Positions 37,604 through 51,196 of a stretch of DNA of 64,000 nucleotides are shown one piece after another. Source of the DNA: Octopus sinensis. Lineage: Eukaryota. Within the stretch, counting starts at the first letter, position 1, and every line of letters begins with the position of its first letter. The translations under genes were made by a program, and so were the position numbers. The notes below the pieces were generated by a model that was not told the DNA's origin, did no database searches, and saw only the letters and a program-made list of their open reading frames with translations. Location of the stretch: the NCBI RefSeq assembly GCF_006345805.1, contig NC_042998.1, positions 101,246,001-101,310,000 on the forward strand. The letters run 5' to 3'.

Positions 37604-38248
37604 CTAGCAGTATTGTCCGGCGTTGCTCGGGTTTGTAAGGGAAATAACTATATAAGCATTTTTAGAGAGTCATAGCCAAAAAATAGCAAATAAATGCATT
37701 AAAAATGGAAAAAAAAATTATGGTAAATTTTTTTTTAAATCGTTGACTCATCGTTGACATTTTTAGAGAGTTACTTCCCTTATATAATATATTTCTTTAT
37801 TGCCCACAAGGGGCTAAACATAGAGAGGACAAACAAGGACAGACAAAGGGATTAAGACGATTACATCGACCCCAGTGCGAAACTGGTACTTTTATTTATC
37901 GACCCCGAAAGGATGAAAGGCAAAGTCGACCTCGGCGGAATTTGAACTCAGAACGTAACGACAGACGAAATACCGCTAAGCATTCCGCCCGGCACGCTAA
38001 CGTGTCTGCCAGCTCGCCGCCTTCCCTTATATAATAGCGAATAAAATGCATTAAAATGGAAAAAAATGATGGTAATTTTTTAAAAATCGTAGACTCATCG
38101 TAGACGCGCGCTAATACCCAGAAGGGCTCGATATGAATCACGACTATGAGATACCCGGTTTTGGTTAAACTGCACCGCAAAATGTGGGAGTAGTTAGGAA
38201 TCTAAATCGTAGGAGACAGACTCACAACTTGACTTTTATATATAAAGA
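37604..38248 (-). mobile_element. Non-autonomous Helitron with a nested SINE
   Basis: The minus strand begins TCTTTATATATAAAAG and ends with a CCGAGCAACGCCGG hairpin-like motif followed by CTAG. It sits between A and T. Confidence 0.75.
37789..38021 (-). mobile_element. Intact SINE family A copy with a target-site duplication
   Basis: Full GGCGGCGAGCTGGCAG head through the AATAAAGAAAT tail. TTCCCTTATATAAT is duplicated at 37775-37788 and 38022-38035. The centre CCTTTCATCCTTTCGGGGTCGATAAAT...GTACCAG resembles the Meta-type SINE domain (from memory). Confidence 0.9.
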
Positions 38249-38274
38249 TTTATAGAGTTGTTGTATACTGTCAA

Positions 38275-38420
38275 CTTAACAAGCTTGCTTCCCAACCACA
38301 TACATCCAGGTTCAGTCCCACTGGGTGGCACCTTGGACAAGTGTCTTCTACTATAGCCTCGGACCAACCAAAGCCTAGTGAGTGGATTTGGTAAACGGAA
38401 ACTGAAAGAAGCTCGTCGTA
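38275..38420 (+). mobile_element. SINE family B fragment
   Basis: GGTTCAGTCCCACTGGGTGGCACCTTGGACAAGTGTCTTC...GGAAACTGAAAGAAGC. Confidence 0.75.
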
Positions 38421-38737
38421 TACATACATACATACATGTATACATACATACATACATACATACATACATACATACATACATACATACATACATACATACA
38501 TTTATATATATATATATATATATACATATAGCCGACAGAAAGCGTTCGATGTTTCCTAGGGCTAAACAGCGGTGATGTAATTCCCATACGGGACTGTCAC
38601 GTTAAGTTGACATTATACAACCACTGTATCGCTCCATCACCGTTCATGTCTCTTTGAGAGATTTAGAAATTTAATATTTCTGGTTATATTATTTATATTA
38701 TATATATATATATATTATATATATATATATTATATAT

Positions 38738-38771
<34 letters not shown>

Positions 38772-38820
38772 ATATGTATGTTTGTATGTATGTCTGTATG
38801 TATGTATTTATGTATGTATG

Positions 38821-38891
<71 letters not shown>

Positions 38892-40129
38892 GTGTGTGTG
38901 TTTGAACAATGTAAATCTTTCCTTTTCTCCTGTTACCCCAATCACAAAAGGACGACGATGTGTTATGTCCAAAGCATCGCTAACTCCACTCCCCAGAGCT
39001 ATACTACTATACTCTTTCTCTTATATTTTTTAGTTATATGCCTTGGCGATGTCGGACTCTACTAATATATATATAATATTATATTATTATATAGAGATAA
39101 AAAAAAATGCGTGCGTGTATGTATATATCTGTGTTTATGTTGAGACCATTTTAAATCATGCTCACATACACACACGATATAATATACGATCTCTTCTGCA
39201 TTGATACATATGAAAGAAAAATGTTAGTCATGAAAATTGCTTTGCACCTCAAGTTCAATATTTACATTGTCGTTACTGAAAACTGGCAGTAGTTTTCAAA
39301 GCCGATCCAGAAACAGAAGAACAAAAGACAAAACAAGGAACAAACAAAAATAAAAGAAAAACAACGTATTTTTCTGTTTCTTCCTTCCTTCCTCTCTCGC
39401 TGTTAAAGTTAAAACCTGCAGATTCCATTATTGCATTGAAGAATGCTCTAATGGTTCAACGAACTCTATATCACATTAACATGACCATGTCATCTCAGTA
39501 GTCATGGTAACTTTTAGTAATAGCTAAAAGCAAGAACAAAAACACACATAAAAAAATGGCACCTAACAAACGATACAAAACTACCATAACAGCAGCCTAG
39601 CATAAAAACAAATGAAAACTTCTCTGTGGATGCCCGGCCTGCCAAATTTTCCCCGAATCACCCCGTCCTCTTGAACCAGGACACAGATACATAGTGCAGT
39701 ACCAGATACACTATGCTTGAATATAAAACTGATTTTTATAGCCAAAACACTAGTAGGAGGATGAAATTTTGATATAGAAACAATGCTTTTGGATCATATT
39801 GGTCCCAGGTAGACTAGTTATGACCAAGGGTTAGATAAAAATATCAACAGCAAAAATAAATAAATGTAGTCTAAAACACTGATTTGTCTTATTCAGGAAT
39901 TAAGTCATTTATTTGTACAAGAGTTGGAATATAATCAATGACTGATCACACTTTATTACCGATATTTAATTTAGCATCTTCCGACATTTGAAAAGCAGCA
40001 TCGACTTTCGGATGAGATTTTAATAAAGAAAACGTACAACGAGATTAAATGCGGTAAAACATGTACTTTGAAGCTTACATATTATCATAGTTATACTACT
40101 CTTCTTGTTCTTGTTGTTGTTGTTCTTCT

Positions 40130-40410
40130 TCATTATTATTATTATTTTTCTCTTTATCACAGGTTTTGTTGGAGCTCATGGAGTCTTACATGCGTTGCAG
40201 GCTTGCTTCCTGCAGCCTACGGTACTATGCTATCCCTTCTTTTCAGTTATCTGATACTTTCCTGATTAGTCTGGCCGTGCCAAAGAGGCACTCTATTCCA
40301 ATTCTCTTTATTTTCCCCTTGATGCCTTCTGATACTGCTCTCAAGGACCAATAATTGGCACTATCTTTACCCTCTTCATTTTCCATAGTCGGGCTATTTT
40401 GTACTTAAGA
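40130..40410 (-). mobile_element. 3' end of an R4/Dong/NeSL-type (restriction-like endonuclease) non-LTR element with a (TAA)n tail
   Basis: KYKIARLWKMKRVKIVPIIG, then frameshifts, then LFGTARLIRKVSDN*. A 3' UTR and an AAT-repeat tail follow. Confidence 0.6.
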
Positions 40411-40424
40411 AATATCTATATTTT

Positions 40425-42925
40425 CGCCTTGTTCCGATTGCAAGTTCTCCGTAGAGCATGATCCTTGGGAGATGAGAGGGTTCCTTACGCTGGACGTGAC
40501 CCGCACCGCCCGCGGAGACGATGGCGAAGAATGATGGCTTCAACACTTGGTAGTGAGGCGCGGTGAAGAACCTCGCTGTTGGTAACGTGATCTTCCCATT
40601 GTATGTTGAGGATCTGTCGTAGCTTCAATTGCTGAAAGCATTCAAGGTGTTTGAAGGCACGGCGGTATAACGTCCAAGTCTCACAAGCGTAGAGTGGAGC
40701 TGACAGGACAATGACACGAAAGACCATGATCTTTGTATGGGTGGTCAGCGCGTGATTAAAGAATAGACGTTGGTGGAGTCTGCCGAAAGCGGAGTGGGCC
40801 GCTCCAATCCGGCTCTCAACGTCCCTTTCACACGTGGGGATCTTGGAAAGGATACTTCCAAGGTATGTGAAGTGCTCAACTTCTTCTAGGGATCGGCCAT
40901 TGATGCTAATGTTTGTGAGTGGACTGTTCTGGCCAGGTGCAGGTTGGATCAGCGTCTTGGTCTTTAATGTGTTTACCTGCATCTCGAAGCGTTCGTAAGC
41001 CGTGTTGTAAAGATCGGCCGTCCTCTGAAGGCCATCTGCGATCCGGCTCGGAGTGGCATTGTCGTCGGCATACTGCATCTCATGGACTGAGATAGCGGAG
41101 GTCCTCGTCTTTGCACGGATGCGTGTGAAGTTGAAGAGTCCGTCATCCAACCGATAGCACATGTTGATGGAAGGCAAGTCTAGTTGGATTTTGTTGAACA
41201 TGGCGGTCATGTACAAAGGGAAACAGGTTGGTGCCAGGACGCAACCTTGCTTAAGACCCCCAGTAATGGGAAACGGGTCTGCGAGGGCATTTTGATGGCA
41301 TATCCTATCCACCATACCGTCGTGGATGGAGCGGACGAGAGCAATGAAGTCATCCGGACATACAAGGCGAGCAAGGACGGCTCATATTGCAGGAGGGGGA
41401 GCCTTGTAAAAGGCTTTATTTAGATCCCAGAAGATCAACGTTGTACGCTGTTGTTGCTCCCGACACTTCTAGAGATGACGGGCACAAAAGAACATGTCGA
41501 ATGTGCCTCGAGAGAGTCGAAAATCACACTGGGACTCAGGGAGCATGTCTTATGCGAGGAGGAAGAGTCGATTGAATAGGATGAAGATCTTACTTGCAAT
41601 ACTCAGGAGTGTGGTGCCCCGTTAGTTGTAATCCTCTCAGTCTCCCTTCTTCTAGATGGTGATGATAGTTGCATCGTGGAAGTCGTTCAGGGGTGGTATT
41701 TTGTTTTCCCAGATCTTCAGGATAAATTTAATCAAATGATTTCTCAGCTCAAGACCTCTGTGCGTGAAAAACTCAAGCGGGATGTTGTCTGGTCCTGGAG
41801 CTTTCCCCGGCTTCATACGTGCAAGTACCTTGTTGAAATCATGGCGTGAGGGCGGCAGGGACATCCAATGGGGGAGCTGTGGGGTGTTTTGGAGGAGATC
41901 GTCAGGAGTGCGTGTGTGGTCGTTAAGCAGGCACTTGAAATGGGACTTCTAGAAATCGAGGATTCCCTGGGTGTCGGTTATCGTAGAGCTAGCTACGCTC
42001 TTCAGACTGGTGACCTTCTGGGGCCGAAGGTCCCCCTGGTTGCAGCATAAACGCTGCGCAAGTCTCGTTGGTCCGCATAGTTTTGCATCTCCTTTGCTTT
42101 CCGCTGACACCAGATGTTCTGATCTCGAATTCTGCGCTGGCATTCTGCTGATGTTTGATGGTGTTTTCGTTTGTTCTCCGCAGTGCCCTGGTTCTCAAGG
42201 GCTAGGCGCGTCAGGAGTTTAACTTCGATAAGACGGGAGATGGTTTGATAATTCTCGTCAAACCAGTCTTGGTTCTTTTTCCGGGCAAAGCCGATCGTCT
42301 CCTCGGCAGCAGCGGCCATGGCTTCACGAAAGCTAGTCCAGCGATCATCAATGGAGTTTGGCTCTGGGAGGTCCATCAAGTGTTGCTCAATGGATTCCTT
42401 CAAGTCTTGGGATGCCTGTGAGTTCCGGAGCTTGGCGCAGTCGAAGCGTCGGCAAGGGATGTTTGCTGAGACCCGCTTTGGTGGGCAGCGGATCATGGTG
42501 ACAAAGCGAGAAATAAGAAGGCGATGATCCGTCCAGCAGTCATCTGCACGAGGCATAGAGCGCGGGTGATGCGTACATCTCCTCTGTCCTTGGATCTTGT
42601 CAGAACGTAGTTTAGACTGTGGGTGTTTCCAGGTTGATTTTTGTCGGGTAGGGAGACGAAATAGGGAGTTGGTGATGACGAGTTCATGCTCGGCGCAAAG
42701 GACAAGGAGGAGCCGGCCATTGGCATTGTATTTCTCAATGCCAATGGTGTGATGGCCAAGAATGTAATTCCTCAGACAACGGTCACTGCCAACTCTGCCG
42801 TTAAATTCCCCCAACACGATAAGTTTGTCATGCGCGGCGACTGACTGAATAGCGCGGTCCAACAGGTTGTAGAACGAAGCATTGACGTCGTCTTCAGATG
42901 TGAGGGTAGGGGCATACAGAGATCA
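40425..42925 (-). pseudogene. Decayed RTE-clade LINE ORF (partial endonuclease plus reverse transcriptase)
   Basis: YAPT...LIVLGEFNGRVG...NANGRLLL...TWKHPQSK (APE); KPGKAPGPDNIPLE, ESQCDFR, GLKQGCVLAP, QYADD, FTYLGS, LYACETW (RT); LPRIMLYGEL. Several frameshifts and stops. Confidence 0.92.
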
Positions 42926-44369
42926 CATAAATATATATATATCCGTACGGATACGCATACATACATACATACATACATACATACATACATGCATGCATGC
43001 ATACATACATACATAGACATACATATATACATAAATTCATACACACACACACACACACAACACACACACACACACACACACAGATATATATATGTATATG
43101 CATACATATGTGGATATATGCACTTATATATGCATATATATGTATAAATACGTATGTGCATGTGTGTGTGTGTGTATTTATATATATATACACATATATG
43201 GCGGTGCCCCAGCATGGCCACAGCTCAAGAGCTGAAACTGGAAAACATAAACATAAATAAACATATGTATGTATATGCATACACACACACATATACATAC
43301 GCAGTCACACACATATGTATATAAATATATATATGGATGTAGGTATGTATATATTCACATTTGCATATAATATCACACATAAACTTAGATTCATTTAACA
43401 TATGCAACTGTTTGTTTCCGGATTTGTTTTAATGCTTACAGCCTGAAACCAATCTTCGTTGTCCTTTGTTGTTTTACGTATTATAAAGTTGCGGTTCGAT
43501 GAGATGACCACCCAGCTGAAATAAAGCCTGGAGTCGACGTGAAGGAGAAACCAGTTGAAGGATGTGCTCCATCGCAACCGCCGTCTTGATATATATTGAA
43601 AGTAATATAAATAAGTAGAAGAGAATATCTTTAAAAGCGTACATGTGTTCATCTGTGTGTGTGTGTGTACGTGTGCGTGTGTGCGCATGCGCGTGTGTCT
43701 TGTATTTATACACACCTGTTTAGAGTTGGTATAATCGTAGTCCTTATTAACGATCTGCTCAGACATTGGTGGCAGTAGGCAAAACTAGAGTTTGCATCAA
43801 AACAACGTCCAAAGTTTCATTGAAAGCAATTAGTAGCTGTCTCGACGGCCAGGCATAATTGGTTTGCTTGTTTCATATAGATATGTTATGAAAGACAACC
43901 GCAAATACACACACACACGCACACATGCACACACACATACATACTCACACACACACACACACAATTACTCACACATACTCTCGTCTATGCACAATGTTTT
44001 CGTACTGCCTCTTCCCATCCCATCCCAGTTATATGAAGAAAAGTTGTACAATACACTTTTAAGTTTTCAAACTTCCTTATCTCAAATTTCTAATTGTATG
44101 TTATTATATAAATAAATATAAACTAAGTATCGTCCAATTTCTCCACTTCATTTATTGTTACCAATATACTCTTCCCAAAAGGCGGCTAACTGGCAGAGTC
44201 ATTAGCATGCTGGAAAAATGCTTAACGGTTTTTCATCCGCTAAAATATGTACCAGTTGGAGCGATGTGATCGACTTAACCCTCCCAACGAAATTGCTAGT
44301 CTTGTACATTCACACTGTCAAACAGCAGTTACTTGTATTTAGTTGGTACGTTTTCTGAAAGCAATGTAA

Positions 44370-44760
44370 ATTTGTTATTGTTGTTGCTATTGTCGTCGAC
44401 GCCCCGTTTCGTCTTGTCCCCTTCCTTTGTGTTGTAGTCGTCCTTCTTCTTCTTCTTCTTCTTCTTCTTCTTGTCGTCGTCGTTGTTGTTCTCCTTCTTG
44501 TTCTTGTTCTTCTACTTCTTGTTGTTCTTGTTGTTGTTCTTCTTGTTCTTGTTCTTGTACTTCTTCTTTTTCGTCTTTTTCTTGTCGTCGTTGTTGTTGT
44601 TGTTCTCCTTCTTCTTCTCTTCCTTCTTCTCCTTCTTCTTCTTCTTGTCGTCGTCGTTGTTCTCCTTCTTGTTCTCCTTGTTCTCTTTCTTCTATTTCTC
44701 CTTCTTCTTCTTCCTCTTCTTCTTCCTCCTCTTCCTCTTCTTTCTCTTCTTCTGCCCATC
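44370..44760. repeat. (CTT/GTT/GTC)n low-complexity tract
   Basis: Direct inspection. It is the source of the poly-Glu, poly-Arg and poly-Ser ORFs. Confidence 0.9.
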
Positions 44761-45519
44761 GCTTTATGGCTTTATGCATGTTGTTTATGCTACCTTTCAT
44801 TATTGTTGTTCATCTCATAGCTGTTCCCAAACCTTTCCCCTTTCACCCCACTTCTCTTCTTTCACTTCCTCTTCCTTTTTTTTCTTATTTGTTTGTCCAA
44901 CAATCTTTAGTAATATGTTTGTTCGCTTATTTGTTTTATGTTCTTGTTTTCGTAACCCAGAGGTTAAGAGTAATGAGGCTTTTGATAGTTTGCATGACTG
45001 TCCTCAAATACTATATAGTTTTTACATATTTTTTTTTCGTTACGACATGATTTAATACTAAACTAAAAAGATAGTTATTTCAACCATACTTTTTTTTAAA
45101 AAAAATTTCCTTTTAATTATAAAACTTTCAACTTTTTCTCTGATTTTCATTTTGTTTCGTAGTGTTTAATTAATCTATACTTTCTTTTCATCACTGAGGG
45201 CAAGATATCAACGTTTTGACGGGAAAATACTGCATGCAGTAATTTTGCAATAGTTTCTTTTATTTTTATAATTATATGTTTTGTTTTCATTAAAATGTTT
45301 AAAAAATGATATAACTCGCCAAAAGAAATTATCAGCTAAAGAATTTGAAAGTAATGGTTTCAAAAATACAATAAAAACAACCATTTTTGATAATAATTAT
45401 TTTTCTTACGCATGAACTATGATATTATACTTCCCTGTGGTGATCATGCATTCTCTAACAATGAAGTAAAAGATATACAAGCGTATCTCATGTATTATCA
45501 TTACTTAATGTACCTATTG

Positions 45520-46200
45520 TATTTAAGTTTCATACCACTATGTTCTAAGATCGAATCCCGAGGTCGATTTGTCTTTCATCGTTTGAGAGTCAATCGATGG
45601 AACACCAGTTAATTACTGTGATCATCGATATTTATAAACCCTTCCCCTAAATTTCAGGCACTGAGCCTATATCAGAAACGATTATCAATAGCGGTGGCAC
45701 GCTCGACAGAATTGTTTCGCGGAATTTTGTCCGTCTTTACGTTCTGAGTTCGAATTCCACCCAAGACCACTCTGCCATTCTTCCTTTCGGGGTCGATAAA
45801 ATAAATACCAGATGAGCACTGGGGTCAGTGTAATCAATTAAACCCCTCTCCCGAAATTGCTGGCCATGTGCCTGAATTTGAGACAATTATAAAGGGCGAA
45901 AGAATGGCAGAATTCAGAAAGTGTTTGAAAACTTGTGGCATTTCTTCCGGTTCTTAACACTCTGATTTCAGAACTCACCGTTATCAATTTTGCATTTTAC
46001 TCTTTCTGGAACTATAAGCCATAAACAATAAAGTGTCATTGAAAGACTTGGGTCGATGATATTTATAAACTTCAACCCCTGAAAAATTTCCGTCCTTGTG
46101 TCTAAATTAGGGACCATTATCATTATCACCTTCTTTATTGGGCACATCAAAATAGTATTTAATTTCTTACCACAAGGTTCTGAAATCGAATCATGCGAGA
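45520..46200. mobile_element. Cluster of degenerate SINE family A copies
   Basis: TTTACGTTCTGAGTTCGAATTC...CCTTTCGGGGTCGATAAAATAAATACCAG and related fragments. Confidence 0.7.
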
Positions 46201-47744
46201 CTGATTTCGTCTTTCTTTCCACCAGATGCGATAAAATACACACCAGTTGATATTTTCTCTCTGTTTCACTCCATACTGTACAACAATCGTTCCGTCCCCG
46301 CTTGCCATCATCCTTGATTTATATGAATGATTTTAGAAGCTTGCTATATGAGAAGAGGACATGATTCCACATCCCAGCATAATTCGTAATTCTTTTGTTT
46401 TTCTTCGAATGTTTCACCAATATTCCTTCATTATTAAAAATTTGTGGATATATTTTGGTTCTGGTGTGCCTTTGTTATGGCGTTTAGTCACATGGGAAGA
46501 TAGTACCTATGGACATTTTCAGTTGCTGTTGCTGGTATAGTGATATATTCTATACTGTTATAGTGCAAATGGCATTTTCTATGACAACGTATGGGTTTAG
46601 AAAGATATTTATCTCTCTTGTTGATCACATATTTAGTGGCTATTCTCTGACACTAGATAGTAAAAACGTATGTTTATGATTAATGGGTCATATTACTAAC
46701 TTGTTTTAATATTCTATTTTTGTATTTGGAGTTTTATTCTCCTTTATTACACTCATACACATACAGGCACATAGGCATGCACACACACACACACACACAC
46801 ACAGAGGCACACATGCACGCATACACACACACACACACACAAGGAGCAGTAGTTGAACAACTACGTAGACCCACTCGTATGGATCTATTTATGAAGTTCT
46901 ATGCATACATGCATATATGTATGCATGGAGAGAGGTATGCATGGAGAGAGGTATTTCCGTGGGATTTAATAAGCTGTGATGTATCTGTTAAGTCCAAGAG
47001 AAACTACTATTTCTGTTAAATGTTGGTTTTCTCTATCTCATCGGATATGTACTTATGCATAACTCTATGCTGTTATGGTGAGTATTTCGCCTCTAAGGTT
47101 TTGTCTACCCTTGGAACAGATGGATGCTTGGAGTACCTGTTGGATAGTTCATCATCTAATATCGCTATTTTCGCTGTTTTGTTCACTCGATGTGTACTCA
47201 TTTTCCTCTTTACATTTCATTAGATGATTTCAAAATTTAATTTGATGCTGCAATAAAGAAACAATCTGCTCTGACCTTATTTCTAGCCCTTGTCATTCCA
47301 TTTAACAGAGATCCAGTCAAAGTTACTGTTGATGTGCAAGTTATCAGTAGTTGAAAGTATCTTTCTAAGATCTCTTCAATTATTCAATCTAGTATCTCAA
47401 ACGTCAACATAAACTCTGGTGCTGCAAAAGAATTGTGGGATATGGTTTCATTAAATGCAGACAGCCCAGACTTTCATGCATTCCGAAGTCTGCTGAAGTA
47501 TACTATGCTTCACTCATGCTTACGCAAAGCAACAAAGGTCCATTTAGTGTTGATCATTAGAGTTAGGTAAGTTAGACAGACCAATGGGATATATCCTTGC
47601 TTGATCAACGATGTTTGTTCCTTTGCTTTCATGTATGAGCCTAAAAACGTAACGATAAGGGACTAGATGGAAGATTATTCACGTGTGACATGCAGTCCTT
47701 TAATCACAATTAGTATGAACTAAAATTAATTTCAAGAATTGCCT

Positions 47745-47930
47745 CAAAGCCAGAAACCTTAGAAGTGAAATACTTGATTACATCGACCTCCAGTGCTCAA
47801 CTGATACTTATTCAACCAACACCGAAAGGATGAAAATCGACTTCAACAGAATTTGAACTGAAAATGTAAAGAGCCGGAAGAAAAGTCTTTAAGCATTTTC
47901 TCAGACGCGCCAATGATTCTGCCTCACGTA
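47745..47930 (-). mobile_element. SINE family A copy (degenerate)
   Basis: CCGAAAGGATGAAA...GAATTTGAACTGAAAATGTAAAGAGCCGGAAG. Confidence 0.65.
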
Positions 47931-48104
47931 CGAATATATAATAATCTATACACTTGTAGATACGTATATCCATATGTAATTATACGCAGAGAGTGATTTT
48001 AGAAACGTAATTATGCTATCATTGAATTAAGTGTGCGCAATTTAAAACAAATATAGGTGGAGTTTGTATTTGTGTATATACACGAGAATTTTATTTATGT
48101 ATAT

Positions 48105-48159
<55 letters not shown>

Positions 48160-48859
48160 CATGCATACATACATAAATATGTGATATATATATATTATAT
48201 ATATATATAATATATATATATATGTGTGTGTGTGTACATATACATATATATATGAGTGTATATATAAATATGTGATATATATATATATATGCGTGTGTAT
48301 GTGTACATATACATATATATATGAGTGTGTATATATATATACATATACGTATATATCTATATGTATATACATCTGTGTGTGTGTGTGTGTGTGTTTATTC
48401 TTTTTCCAAGGTTATTGCATTATCTTGGCAATTGCGTCCAGAGCGAATCGTGCGTTTGACTGGAGTTGCAATGACACATCAATTTGCACACAATGATGCA
48501 AAATCACAAATACTCGCACACACGAGCGTATGCTCACGCACATAACACATTCACACATAGACATTGGCGTACACGCATTTACACACATGCACACTCGCGC
48601 TGATAAATTTCCTCAAACGATATTAAACGGAAATACGATTATATTTGTTTTTTCTCACTTTGGCTCAGGTCCTACAAATTTGTAACAGAAGGACAGCTGA
48701 TTACTATTGGAACTTATCGACTTTTGTAGAGTTTGCATTCTTAACTACGGGGAGAGACGTCAACTTTTCAACAATCCAACTGACTTGCAATAAATTTAAT
48801 AGTAGTTCCATGAAAATTGGCATAAAGCGACAAACATGGTAATATTGGGTTGTTGATGA

Positions 48860-49050
48860 AGGCAGCGAGCTGGCAGAATTGTTAGCACGTCGAGCAAAAT
48901 GCCAAGCGCCTTTGAGTTCTGAGTAAAAATTCCGCCGAGGTCTACTTTGCCTTTCAACCTTTCGGGTTCGATGAAATAAATACTAGTTAAATACTGGGGT
49001 CGATATAATCGACTTATCCCTTCCCCCAAATTTGCCAAATTTAAACCCAA
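48860..49050 (+). mobile_element. SINE family A copy
   Basis: GGCAGCGAGCTGGCAGAATTGTTAGCACG...GGGGTCGATATAATCGAC. Confidence 0.75.
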
Positions 49051-50147
49051 AATTGTGTGGCGATTTAACTGGCTTTTCGTACTCCCCGAGTAATTACGCT
49101 GGTGAGTTTTGAGGAGGGAACATTAAATTATATGGAACATAGTACTATGTAAAAGCAATTATTTTATTGACCTCAGAAGGATGAAAAGTAAAGTACAATT
49201 CATATTGGTTGTGAACTTACAACCTGGTCCTGCATTATACTGAATGACTTATAATGTAGGAACAAGGCCAGACATTTGGTGAAAGGGACTATGTCGGTTA
49301 AACCGACCAGTACTTGACTGGTACTTGATTTATTTTGTCGAACTTGGGTGCATAGAAGACAATGTTGACCGCGGCGGCATTTGCATTTGAATGCAAAGAG
49401 TCGGAATAAATATTACAATGTATGTTGTCTAATGATTGATACCATTTCTGTCTCATCATGAGATGAACCAATGGAAGAACCCTGTAAGTGGCTGCTCAAC
49501 CTGCTAGAAATAGCAATCAAATCTTCTACAAAGTGCATCCTATCCTCTAAAATATGACAGAACACACTAAATTATGCTGTCATTGACATACTATATCTAA
49601 GAATAAAACGAGATGGTCATGTTTGGAAAAATTTTGATTATAGCTCATTTCTATTCGAGCAGAGCCAAAACTCAAAAGTACCAACAACAAGTAAAATATT
49701 CATGGCTTCTACAACTGCAGATCACATATTTTTGAGGAAAGTGTGTAATAATTTAACTCTATCCCAATACTTAGTACATATTTACCATTGCAGCTTGAAA
49801 GATAAAGTCGAATCCTAGTGAATTATAACGAAATATAGCAAGGAATTTTGTCCCCCACAGTTGATAATGGTTTCAAAGTTTGGCACAAGGCCAGCAAACT
49901 TGGATGAAGGTACAAGGCCAACAATTGGATGAGATATTAAGTCGCTTATACCGATGCTAGTACTTGGCTATTACTTATTTTATCGACTCCGAATGGATGA
50001 AAGGCCAAGTCGACCACGGCAAGTTGTGAACTCAGGACGTTAAGAGTCAGATCAAATGTGACAAGGAATTTTTTTAGCGCTCTAAGAACTCTACCAGCTC
50101 GTTGTCTCAATGAACAGAATAATAAAAATATTTTTTTTTTACGTTAA

Positions 50148-50530
50148 GGCGGCGAGCTGGCAGAAACGTTAGCACATCGGGCGAGATGCTTAGCGGTATT
50201 TCGTCTGCCGTTATGTTCTGAGTTCAAATTCCGCTGGGGTCGACTTTGCCTTTCATCCTTTCGGGGTGGATTAAATAAGTACCAGCTACGCACTGGGGTT
50301 AATATAATCGACTTAATCCGTTTGTTTGTCCTTGTTTGTCCTCTCTGTGTTTAGCCCCTTGTGGGTAGTAAAGAAATAGGTATTTCGTCTGTCTTTACGT
50401 TCTGAGTTCAAATTCCGCCGATGTCGACTTTACCTTTCATCCTTTCGGAGCCAATAAATTAAGAACCAGTTGCGTCCTGGGTCGATCTAATCGACTGCCC
50501 AACTCGTCCAAAATTTCAGGCCTTGTGCCA
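50148..50530 (+). mobile_element. Full SINE family A copy followed by a tandem partial copy
   Basis: GGCGGCGAGCTGGCAGAAACG through GTAGTAAAGAAATAG, then a restart at GGTATTTCGTCTG. Confidence 0.85.
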
Positions 50531-51196
50531 AGAGTAGGAAAAAAATATTTCTTCATTTGTTGGCCACAAGGGTAATATACATGAAATACAAAAGCGAGAA
50601 GGATATAGATATATGAATATGCATGCATACGTATGTATGTATACACACACACATTCTCCCCTCCTTTCGAAATTTCAAGCACAACTGCTACCCACTTCGT
50701 TACCACGCCAACCTGGATATGTTTTTCACTAAACATCAATATTTGCATTTTATGAATATTATGCATAAAAGACACCTCCCTTGATGTAACGACTACTTTA
50801 TTTATCACAGGGAATTTGGTTCTGTAAAATACTGTGTTAAATGAATCAAAGATATATGCATCAAAGGACATATGGGAAAAATAGGTTTCACTCTGAGCAT
50901 TGTGAATAGACGCTGTGGTACGCTTTTGAGGTCCTTGCTTAATGTATTATCACAGACCAATTCGTGATAAGCGTAACACGATTCACAATTAACGTATAAC
51001 GTTATCCAAGATCAGTGATGAGAGACATGTGATAAACGAGGATAGCTGTATTAAATCCTAGACGGACGATTACATTGCCTGTAGAAACATAGATATTTGT
51101 CGGGAGTATTGAAAAGAAATATTGTGTGCTCCTTTTTCATATGCAATGAAACGGGCAAATTTGAAAAGTCAACGTTGTAGTTGAATATTCAGGAGA

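Noticed and set aside
39415-39515. Possible exon with a polypyrimidine tract, CAG acceptor and GTAACT donor
   Set aside because: All three frames hit stops and there is no recognisable peptide, so it cannot be supported from sequence alone.
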